Source of the DNA: Phoronis australis
Taxonomy: Eukaryota > Animalia > Phoronida
Assembly: GCA_002633005.1 (NCBI GenBank)
Contig: NMRA01000472.1
Coordinates: 32,716-96,715 of the forward strand
Direction of reading: 5' to 3'
Length of the DNA: 64,000 nucleotides
Below are positions 23,429-35,400 of this stretch, one piece after another. A model generated the notes under the pieces. The model did no database searches. It was not told the DNA's origin and was given only the letters and a program-made list of their open reading frames with translations. Made by a program: the position numbers and the translations under genes. The stretch's first letter is position 1. Each line of letters begins with the position of its first letter.

Positions 23429-26400
23429 CTGAAAATAAAGCATCTATAATCATAATTTGTTATAGCATTTGTTCATTCACTACTTGCACACTTTTGGCGG
23501 CGCTGCAAAAAATGATTGTTAAGCATTTTTGTTTAGGACACATTGCCTCGTTTTAGCATTAATTTCAACAACCCACACGTGAAAGACCGCGTGTTCTAAA
23601 AATGCAGAACCATTGTAGTTTGGGCACGACACCTCGTTGTGAAGCATGATGACAAATTCGTGCAAGGTGTGACAACTAACATGCTTGATTTTTGTTGGTT
23701 TTAACGCTATTCTCCGGCTCTCCTTCCGACTGGTAAAATATCGAGATGGGAGACCGACCTGTTTGAACTGTTTTTGATATATCAATATGTGAGAAGGAGA
23801 TCGAGAAATATATGTTATCCTACATGCACAGGAATACTACTGCCATATCCTACATGCATAGGAATACTACTGCCATATCCTACATGCATAGGAATACTAC
23901 TGCCATATCCTACATGCATAGGAATACTACTGCCATATCCTACATGCATAGGAATACTACTGCCATATCCTACATGCATAGGAATACTACTGCCATATCC
24001 TATCGGTCGCGTTGGGACATTCTCAGATAAAACGAATTCGAGATATGAATAAAATTGGCAATAGTATTCCTTGAACTGGTGAAGAAAGGTGTACTATTTT
24101 ATTATCATGATGTCATTTTTATGTTAAGTAATAGATCTGCAGACTCTGAAAACGAGCGTCTTCGACACATTATTTTGGAGCCAAATATCGACTTCATTTT
24201 TCTACGAAAAATAATTAAAAAGCATGCGGAATTCCCCCACATCAGGCCCAAAAATTTCCCCCATTAAAAATTCCTGTGCAAATTAGAAGAATTACTTCCG
24301 CAAATTGTTTTGGCCATTTGAAGCGTTGTCGATGAGAGGGATGGGTTCCTCTCAACCTAAACAATCTTCTCTCAGAAAGCGCAGGCATCTTTCACATCAG
24401 GTGAACGAGGGTCCTGCAAAATCTCTCACAAAATATCTTTTAACTTGGACAATTTCAACTGAAAGCAATCTAAATGTTGCCATGATTCGGTTTTGTCAAA
24501 TTTTGGTCAAATAAAAAGTTAACATGAAATCAGTATAAAACTTTTGTGAACCTTACAGCTGTCTAAGTGGTGACGTCATCTGGTCTTAACTTCTTCCTTA
24601 CTCAGACCACAGGCGCTTGGGTTTATCTGTTCCTCGATCGCAAATGACGTCACTCACTACTACATATAAGAAAACATAAAGGTTGGACACTCGAAATCTG
24701 TTTCCTAAAATTTTATACTCAAATGTGCATGGAACTCCACGAAACTAGCATCGAACAACTCTTAGAATACCTTCTTTCATTTGATCTCTTCAAATTGCCT
24801 TCGAGTGGTGATTTGGCGACAAAAATGCCAAAAGAATGCCAAAATCACAAATTCAAGGAACACATTCCGTGATGTCATGGCAGACGGTCTTCACACATCC
24901 GGGTTTTTAACGGACGCTCCCGAGCTAAATCCGAAAGTCTATTTTCTCGCGCCGTCCATCCCTCGATTGGTCATGAGAAGCAGAGAGCACTTTAAAAATA
25001 TCATTGCCAAATAAATGTAACTACTCAGATATTTGTGTCAAATATAAATTATCCTGATACTGTATTGATATGCGAGGTTTTTTGTATACTGTGATTTCTT
25101 AGGAAGGTTTTACTTTTAGCCAAAACCATTGAGTTAACTCGTCGGCCACACGCAATGTAATACTTGCACGGACTGCGTTTCCTGGCCGAGTGCGTGTTGT
25201 GCTTCAATCAAAAAAGTGCGTGATGTCAAGATGAGAAACAAGATACGCCAGTTTATGCAATAAAATTCTCAGTTAAGGGCCAAAATGAGCCGTCAGTGGA
25301 ATAAAGTTACAAATAATCATTAAAATACTAACTTTAACATTCTCAGTTAGTCGAGTTTTGGATTAGAATTATTGAATTTGAAATATAGGTTGCTTGCTCA
25401 AACTCGAGGTTTCACCTACGACAGGCGTACAAGTTGAAGCACAACTGAAATCCGCCATGTTTACTATTTCAGGTCCTTGAATTCAGAGTTTTGAGAGTGT
25501 TTTGGAAATCCCATCGCTCATTCACCACTCACGAAGACAGTTAATGGGATCTAGGAAAGATAAGGCTTCGAAGGTTTATGCAACACCAGACTGAGAGAGG
25601 TGCACGCAGATTTTATTTGGATTTTGGACGGTTGAAGTTGGGAGCCTCGGCTTGGCATAGTTTAAGTGTCCAACCTTTATGTTTCTTATATATGGTTATG
25701 AGTGATCTGGAAATCCGAGCGCCTGTGACTCAGACTAAAACTTATTTTTGGCTTGGAAAAACTGACAGCTCGTAAAAATTAGGGTTTTCGTCACATAAAA
25801 ATAACCACGAAATGCCAAGAAAACATGTTGAGCTTGGTCTCCAGCTGAAAACAACTATCAATTCTTCTCAGTGCCCTGAAAGGTGGGTTTTGAGGCGAAA
25901 TCCATTTTTTTCAGACTAAGGAAACTGTGTGCTTGAGAACCTAATATATTCATTGCAATTAAAGCAAGGTGTGTGCAAATGGTTTCTGTTAAGAGTAACA
26001 CTGTAGTCAGTTTTAAGCATTTTCTTTAAAATATTGAGGCACCATTAACTTTGCTTCAACAGCACCATTTGGCACTGCCAACATCGATATACACAAGCAC
26101 ATGCACACATAGGCACACATGCGTACTCGTAAATCAGTTGGTGTTAAGATATACTCTCGTGAGACTTAATGACTGTATTGGACACCTTGGCACGTTAACT
26201 TAAAAATGTTGATGCAATGAACGATTTGCATTTCTTCGATAAGTTTCAGCACGCGTACCTCGTCCAAACTGAAAGTTGCCTGTCCTCTGGCTGGATCCTT
26301 GTACTTGTCGAAATTCCCTACAAAAAGAAGTGTTCGTTGAAATTATCCCTGAAAGTACTTTACACAATAATGTTGATTCACGCAACCATAACCTTGTAAG

Positions 26401-29400
26401 GTATGGTTTGTCGTCATGATTGTATATATGTAAGTATTTATGTATGTATGTATGTATGTATGTATGTAGAATTTTTTGTATGTATGTATAAATGTATGTG
26501 TGTATGTGTAAATGTCTGTTTATGTGTGTGTGTATGTATGTATGAACGTATGTATGTATGTATGCATATGTATTTTTGTGTAATGCAAGGTCTGTTAAAT
26601 AAAATACTGGCTTCTGTCGATTCCAGAGTCCAAAGAATTCTGTCGTAAGTTCGGAATGTCACATGTTCTTGTATAGGCACACAACGTAGCTGTGCAATAT
26701 CCATCGCAAAAAACGAAGAAAACATAAACAGATGAACACATCATTTACACTTATTTCTGCAACTTTGATCGAACACATCCGTCATCATGAGAGAAAAATC
26801 TGGCTCGAGCACAAAATACAGTGATTGACTGTAAATACCTTACACACTGTAAACTTATTTTTAGGAAATAAATCCAATTTTACGAAACCTAGCCAATGAA
26901 AAGTAAAAAGGAGAGACTGCACCAACTCAAGAAGCAGAAAGTATCACAATAAAGTCGAGTTAACAACTTGCTGACACCAGTCGATGTCTTATGGGTCTAG
27001 TGCTGACGCCAGTCGATGTCTTATGGGTCCAGTGCCGAGTTGCATGGCACAGTCCTAAATACGGACTTAACTAAGTTCCCTAAATCTGAGTACTTGTGTC
27101 TTTGTTTACTCAGAAATGTCATGTTTCTCTATCATTTTATCTTTATTATGACCCCTTCCTTGACTAATGAAATTTTCTAATAAAATATTTCAAATTAGAC
27201 CATTATTTCAATGGAAATGAATCAGGACTTAGTCCTAAAAGTAGGTCCATTGCATGAAAAATTTTCTATTTGTTTAAATAATTCAGAGAATTCAGCGCAG
27301 AATTCACTAGCAAACTGACTTGGTAATGGAAATAAAAAGAAAGGACAATCAGTGTTTTCACAAGTCTACAAATGCGGTGAAATGTTAAGGAACATAGTTG
27401 AGTCCCTATTTGGGACTATTTCATGCAGAATATTTAGGCCCTTGGTGTAGTTGTTCAACCGATTTCTAAAAAGGTAATGAATGATGTGAAGTAATCTATG
27501 TCAGCATTTATTTGTTGCAATGTGATAGTTATGATGAAACTCATAAAATTGCAAAGCACCTATACGTGGTTAAACACAACTTCTCGCCTGCAACAGGCGA
27601 ACTTTTAGTAGTAGATATCGTTGCTTTGGAGTTTAGCTGTCACTTACTTTATTTAAAAAAGACCTTGTGGTGCCAGGTAGAGCAACGGTCCTACGGGAAA
27701 ATGTTACATCGAGAAAGAAAAGATGGGAGCATTAGCAGATGACATGAAACAGCAGAGATGGGCAATGAGAAGCGACTCAGTTTTTGTTCATGGATCAGCA
27801 TGTCGGGACAGATCCAATAACGAAGAATTCGATTCTTTAGGGAGAAACCTCAATACGACATAGGTTTCGCAAAATATTGTCGACGTGCAAATCAAGATTA
27901 GCGGAAGGCACGTGCAGCCACAACTGGCGCTATTACTGTATGATAATGAAATGAGATGAGACCAACTGTAGAACAGAATAACATCTAGTGTCTTTATTCC
28001 ACAAGATAAACGACTGGACGACGGGCATACTCTGCTGGACGTCGAGCTATATTTCCCCGCCACACAATTCACCACTTGCACGAATTCGCCATTATGCTTG
28101 AGAAGGGGGTGTTGCGTCCAAACTACAATGGTCCTACATGTTTGGAACACGTGCGCTTTCTCGTTTGCGCTGCTAAAATTGATGCCAAAACGAGGCATTT
28201 TGCCCTAAACAACAATGCACAACAATCGTTTTTTGTAGCGCCACCAAAGTGTGTAAGTATTGAATAACAGTGACATTAATGACCCGGTACAGTCTCATGA
28301 TCAACTGAGCTAGGGGGACTCATCGAGCATCATGCAGCAAAACTGGTGTGTCATGGCAGATAAGGGCCGATGAAGCCAACCGGAAGGTACACAAGTTAGA
28401 TACACGACTGCACAGGTAACGGGTGGAAGTGTCACAATGAATCGTATAATTGTGGAGATTGGATGTAGTTTTTGGGGGCAACGAAATAACTACGGAGAGA
28501 ACATGTCAACATATGTCGCAGCAGAAGCAAACAGCATCAGTATACATCTGCCTGTAAGAAGCAACACCTACCAAAATGACCGTAGCAAGACCAGAGCAAT
28601 GGACCTACATCAAGTCCGGACGGGAAGTTCGTGATCATGCTCGCGAGATATTTTAATATTAAAATTTCTTACTAGCGTTATGTTTCGTGATCCACCTCAC
28701 CAAACCACCCCCAGTGTTCGGAGGAATTTGGAAGTACACACTTTTGGGAATGACTCATGTACGAAATGGAATGTCGTATTTAAAATCCAGGAAAGCTCCA
28801 CAACAATGGTGAATACAAATGTATTTCAAAACTAGTGTATTTGTGATCAGGGACGCCAAAGCTAGCACGTGTGTAAGCATGTAAGCTTATGACTGAATGC
28901 AAACTACATGTATAACTAAATGTTCCTGTGACATACACTGTGTTCCTACGTAATAAAAAGTATCTGCAAACGGCAACGAAATTACTCTCATGTGTTCTTG
29001 TAAACCAGTTCAGTTTAGTTGTTTTAATTTCATGATATCGTGCCTCCAAGAAGTAAAATATAAAGGACCCGTATTTATTTGCCGCATTCCTTGGCTTTTA
29101 TAAGACCATTGGGGATTTTGGCATTAATTTCCTTTAAAAGGTGCAATTTTCACTTTCACGTACACGTTTATACAGATCAACCTGCGAAGTATTGCATTAT
29201 GTGAGACTAATGTGAAGGGTTGACCTTTCGCTTGAGTTTTCGTAAAATTCGCCATCTTGTAACCAGGAGTACGTGGGGGGATTCATTCACCCTTCCCTCA
29301 CTGAGAGCCTCGGTCTCACCAGACACAGTTCATGCATACCTTTCATTGTCATCAGTCTGGATAGACACTGCACAAAGTCGTCAAAGGACAACTTTCCTTT

Positions 29401-32400
29401 CTTGTTGTTGTATCTGACCGCCACCTTGTCAAGCGTGCTTTGGGAAAGGTTGATACCTGAAAGACAAGAGCAACTTCTCACAATGACTAACGTCAAGGAA
29501 CAATCTGCTTCTGTGTTCTTTTGCAACGCCAGTGTCTTTGTTTCTCAATAACGTCAACGGATAAGTCTGACATATCAATCAAGCCATTGATTCTAGCTAA
29601 TCAAGGCTCGGGAACATGCAAACACTCCAATTAGTCCCACAAACATCCGTTGTCAACGAAACCAAAAAGTTGATTTTTATTAAGCTTGCGATATCGCGCA
29701 GATGTAAGGTTTACGCAGCAAAAAATAGAAGTTTGCTGGATTTAAAAGCATTAGACTTTACGATTCGCTGAATATACACGAGGAAATGTACGTCTGATAA
29801 ATGAATCAACCCAAAACGAAATAAATCCACCTTCATAGTATTTTAAAGTATTTCTCTACTATTATCAGATGTAAATTAAGGTAACAATTAAATATACGGA
29901 ACATGCGTGGGAGACAGCACATGTTTAACCTACGAAAACGCGTGCCTTTGTTGTGACATACATTGTCGGATTTTATACTGCTGCCAGGGTGGCAATACGT
30001 GTCGGCGTTCGCAGCCTGTATAGTCGCTGCGAGTAGGGACAATATGTGTCGATGGCGACAAGGCATGGAGACACATAGTGATGGCACATACTGTTGTCAC
30101 ATAAGACCATGAACATTTACCGAAATTACTTGGCTCACAGTGTACATGAAGCGTGCGCACTACTACTCGTAGGACTAAGTGAAGGCATGGCGAAGTGTGT
30201 AGTCGATGAGGGACTCTACCAGTAGATCAGGTGGGTGTGACAGGGGGTCGGAATGCAGATCCAGAGTTCGAATTGGGGGGCTACCGAAAGTTGAAAGAAA
30301 AACAGTTTAGTATCCCAACTACTCCTGATCGCAAAGCCAACGCTCCCGCAAACGAGGTTGTTACATTCAGGGGAAGTGACAGCATATAGCTTGACAATAT
30401 TAAATCAAATACTTAAAGATGGCTATTGAATACTTCCCACGTAATGTGCAAGAAAAATGTGACCCCTCAACTTGGACTGTCACAAGGAAGGCTCTTTGAG
30501 CAGATAAGATATCCCCAGCCGTAGAAAAGACGCTCATTGGCAAAACGCGTTGCCGGTTACTAACTGATTTTCTATCACTACTGAGGACTATCGTCAATAG
30601 AAGTTGACTGCTGGTTTATAGTTGAAGTGATCCCGACGAATAGTTTACATGTTGGTTACAGAGGGTACAGACTGCTACGTTTTTCTTGTCACTGCTCTAA
30701 TATGTATAGTACAATACTGGACTCCTGTGAGAAGCCGCTTTTGTTATACTTCACACACATTTTCGTGAACTTTTACTAGTTCATCTATTTTTTGATCAAA
30801 CGCAACTAAAGATTCATAGTAACTAAATCAAAAGTTGTGACTGGCGACCTATTTTCTCTGTTAATTAAGGAACATAATTTATGTTTAGTTACTGTTAGGT
30901 GATGCTTATCAAAACCGAGCAGAAAACAAATATTTGTGGACCCGATGCGCGATTCGAACCGACAGCTCTGGGACACGGTTCTTGATAATTTCGCACACCT
31001 GTCACAGCAGTAAAAATAATTTCAGGCGCTCTCGTACACGTTTTACCAGACTTGCGCCAGCTGCTCATGTGGGCCCAAAGCACTGATCACTTGGGACTAT
31101 TTTACGCTTTATTAAGCCGTATAGTAAGCTATGAGCCTCTATATTTGAGAACGTGCTATGTCGTAACTCGTCATGTTCTCATCTGAATTTGTGCAGCACC
31201 CACTCATTTTTTGCATTTTATGGCGCTTTGGGTTGTCCATTATACATGTGTATCAAAGTATATTTGTATTTTGTATGTGTACTATTCCTCTACACATCAT
31301 AAAAATGGCATATCACTTGAGAGCCATCTTTTTTCCGTTTGAAATACAGGCTCTTGGTCCCACCTGCGTTTTACTGTTTTATTCTACCGTGATTGATTGG
31401 CATTCCTTCCACCACTGTACCAAAATTATTCGCCGTCACTAAGCTGTTTTGTGTTTAATCGTACGGAAAAGATTAGGAAGTTTTAAATTAATAAATGTTT
31501 TGCCAGTCAGACCTTGCTTGCCTAGTGCACTTCGCAACTCGTACATGTCCATAGCGTTACTGTTGTCTTTGTCAAACTCGCTGAATATTTTCTGAAACGA
31601 AACGGAAAATAAAACTTATTCATGAATTGAAATGAAAGCTGCATTTCACTCAGATATGTTGCCACCAGCAACTTAGCTTTGTTACTTACCACAGTCACAA
31701 GCGATCAAATAGTACGACGAAGATCGCCGATCAAATTGAAGACCTATAGCCGGTATACGACTTATATATCTACCCAGAACAACACAATATTCTCTGGCAG
31801 CATTGCGTTAACGATCAAAATGAGGAAATGCCATTGTTCACAAGTCCATGAACTTACAAACAAAAAAGTACAATGTCGTTTGTCGTAATTAAACGTAGCA
31901 CCATCATGTATGTTACAAAAACACTGGAGTACTCTGAACGGAACTGAAAAGTTAGTCAAACCCACTTTCAGTTTAATAGATCACAAACACATCGTTTGTC
32001 TGTTCATGTTTTATCTGCGGTGGCCAAGGTCAAACAGTGGTTTCCAATAACAAGGAGGGTATACCTTGAACAAGTGACGCAATTTGCGTTGTTGGGACTA
32101 AGCATTCAGAGTTTACTCAATAAAACAGGAGTACGGGACATGACGTTCAGATAGCTGTCATGTTTCAAGACTGTTTTCCTAGAAAAACGTGCTTTTACTT
32201 TTTGCTTATATTTTTACAACTTTCGTTGCAAAATTATCTCACTTTTGACCACACGGTATATCTTCTTGTAGTCTGCAAAAGGCTTACTACCAATAGGTTT
32301 ACGGATCAACACCTACAAAAAGTTAGTATGTTTGAAACGAAATCGTTATGAGTGGCTTTTTCAGGGTACCCTCCTTCAGATTACTTTTTACGAGTCCATT

Positions 32401-35400
32401 GTCTAAATGCGTGCACACCCAAATTTTGCGAAAATTCACCAGTTGAAGCTGTCATAGACAGCTATGACATTTGAAAATATCATCATTCCTAGTGAAATAA
32501 TTTTCGAGACTGAGGGTGGAGTACGAGACTGACTGAATGACACACATATTGATAACTCGGATAATTTCTTGACTTAGAGATGACATTGCATTTATGTATA
32601 TGGTACATATTTACCGTGTCGTCCCCATGTATCGCTAACTTCTATAATTTGTCGTCATTTGGCTAAATGCAAAGGCTTACAGCGTTGCGCAAAGCCTCTA
32701 GTTGATACACGCCAATTCCGAACGCGCAATGTAGTTTGATAGCAACCACGAGTTAAAAACGTTGAATACATACCATCTGATCCTTCACAAGCATCCACAA
32801 TGTCTTGAATTCTGCATAACCAAGTTTTCCGTTGCTGTCTTCCTGAGAGTCGAGTTAAGGTAAGCGTTAACGAAAAGTTGGATGAATAACCTCGTAACAC
32901 CATATCTAAGAAATGGCTGACAGGACACGGGTGAAATTTCTGAACTTTCCTCAGTAGACTTTTCCACGTTTGCATAAAGGGATATCGAAAACAACACTTT
33001 TATGATTATAATGAAACAAATCAAAAGTTCCGGAAAACAAACAAATAATAGTCTAGAAAACTCTTACAGCGTTTTTGAGATTTCACATTTATATAAAATG
33101 ATTTGATTAATTAACAAACAATTTGATAACGACATCACTAAATGGTCTAATGTTAGTTTTTGTGAGCTGAGTTTAAGTTGTGTTGTTCATTACTTATTCA
33201 CCCGTTGTTGGAAAAAATTATGCAGTGAAAAACTTAAGTGGCCTGTAAGTAGGTCGACAGAAGTCGATTCCTTCACGAAATCAACTGATGTCAGAGCATC
33301 CCAATGACTGAGTTCTGCGCCAAGTTTCGCAAATATCAAACAATCGGTTTTCTAGATTTTATCCGGCAAGGAATATCTTGTGGAAAATTAAAGATACGCC
33401 AAGCGCGTTCCCAGGTATCATCCGGAAAGGTTTTCAGCATCTTGACCTGTGAAAATGGCTGACATTTGAAAAAGACAATGAAAATAACGCACTTTATTAC
33501 CTCCCGGACAAAGGAGAGTTCCATCGCTGGTAAAGGCCCTATTTTATAAAGGCAAATAAAAACTAGTTTTTGAATGTGAAGTTTTTCTGCACAAGGATAC
33601 GTCTATGAAATTGATCAGGCTGCGACATGCCTCGAGACTGAACTCGTTACCCGCCATTACTAAAATAGTACAAAAACACAATACAACATGTCAGATCTTA
33701 ACAATGCAGCAGAATGCTACACAGTACAATACTACACAATACAATACTACACAATTCAATACAAAAAATACAATACTAAACAACACGACACGACACAATA
33801 CAATGGAATACATATTACTACACAATGCAATACAATACAATACAATACTAAACAAGACAACACAATTCGTTACTACAAGTATACGATGCAATACCCAAGG
33901 AGTGCACTAAAACGGATGGCCAGACATCTACAAATTCAAAGAAAGTTAGATACAAGTTTGACACTATTTAACACGCCAAAATACTATCTAGTCTATGAGT
34001 TCCAGTCAGAGAAATACCACAATCATCAACACTCGATTTTTTTTCTACAGGCCAACGATGAATCAAGAAAATAAGCTTAAGTTCTAAGCAATAGACGTTC
34101 GATTTCAACCTACCAATTCAGCACCCAAACACACGGACTTCGAGCCCCTCATAATTTTATACGCCAGGCCTTCGAGCCTATTTCAAACAAGAATGGCTCG
34201 ACGACGTATTTGAAATAAACACCCTATCCTTAGACAAAACGCCACGAAAAAAACTTAGAATGTCAAGAAATAGGGTCACCAAAGAATAGTAGGACAATAA
34301 TATAAGATAGTGCTGGGTCTTACTAGGCAGACCCGTAGGTAGGCAAAACTTATTGGGCGGGGGGGGCACAAACCTTTCGACTTCGCCAAACAAGTCCCCC
34401 CATCGCCAATACCTCCGTCACCCCACCCCCTCTCGCTCCCGTGCTCCCGATGCCACCATATTTGTACCGAATCTCCCACGTCCGCCCTATGTGAGGGGCA
34501 CAGTGGCGGATTTAGGGGTGGCCAAGGGGCCATGGCCCCAGTATAATTCCCCCAGATTCCATTTGGCTGTTCGAGGGTGCTAATTTCTGAGGGGTAAAAC
34601 TTTGACCAATACTCTGCCCTAACCCCCACAACTCAAAATACTGAATCCGCCGCTGGGACAACCCCGCGGAGATGAAGCCATCAAGAGTTGAGTAACCGTG
34701 AACCAACACGGAGAGTAAGAATGGGGCTAGTACCAGTACACGGACTGGTAGCGAGGAGCTGCCTCAAATAGCTATAGATGAGATCTAGCAGCAGTGTGAA
34801 AATACGAAATTCCTGATAAACTAAAGCTAGTTGCTGGTCAGCTCAGCTGTGATTCACTTGAGACAGGCAGCTCGTACCAGTCGTCTGCGCTCGCTCTACG
34901 ATCAAGATTCGTTTTATTGTGATCCAATTTCGGGAAAATTTTATTTTATTATGGTCATTCTTTGAAGGATTTTTTTTTTGAAAATGTGAGGTCTCGAAGC
35001 CCCTGGTATAGTGCCTTTGGGGCTGTTTCAAAATGCCTAGATTAAACACGACTGTAATCCAGTTTCTGGTGGCTGGGGAACAGGATAGTATGTGCTAAAA
35101 ATGAACGCCTGGAGTTCAAATTCAGTTCCCGTGGATCACTGAGATTCTGCGCGCCGGGCTTACTGCAGGGTTACATCTTATTTTTAACGAGGGTACGTCA
35201 GTCATGACGTGCACGCAAATCAGGACAAGCAATCAATTCCATATTGTAAACAAAAATTCATTGCTTAGTACTACTGGAAACTAAAAACACCAAGGAAGTG
35301 CAAAGACAACCTTTCCAAGCAATGAGTTTAATTTTATTTATTTGAGGATTTTTAAAACGTTTTTTCTATCTACGGTTTGTGAATCCGAATTTCATCAATC

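Noticed and set aside
23816-24002. 30-bp palindromic repeat array resembling CRISPR
   Set aside because: Units are head-to-tail with no unique spacers, there are no cas genes, and the context is a eukaryotic intron. The repeat-peptide ORFs ([20 protein letters not shown]) are artefacts.
26403-26725. ORFs rich in CV/MY/HT dipeptides (also 33605-34074 and 60587-60888)
   Set aside because: Translations of microsatellites.
28480-28552. Candidate calpain terminal exon after cttcttacag ([20 protein letters not shown])
   Set aside because: No calpain similarity; exons 26317-26259 and 23428-23402 fit the expected EF5 sequence and phases.
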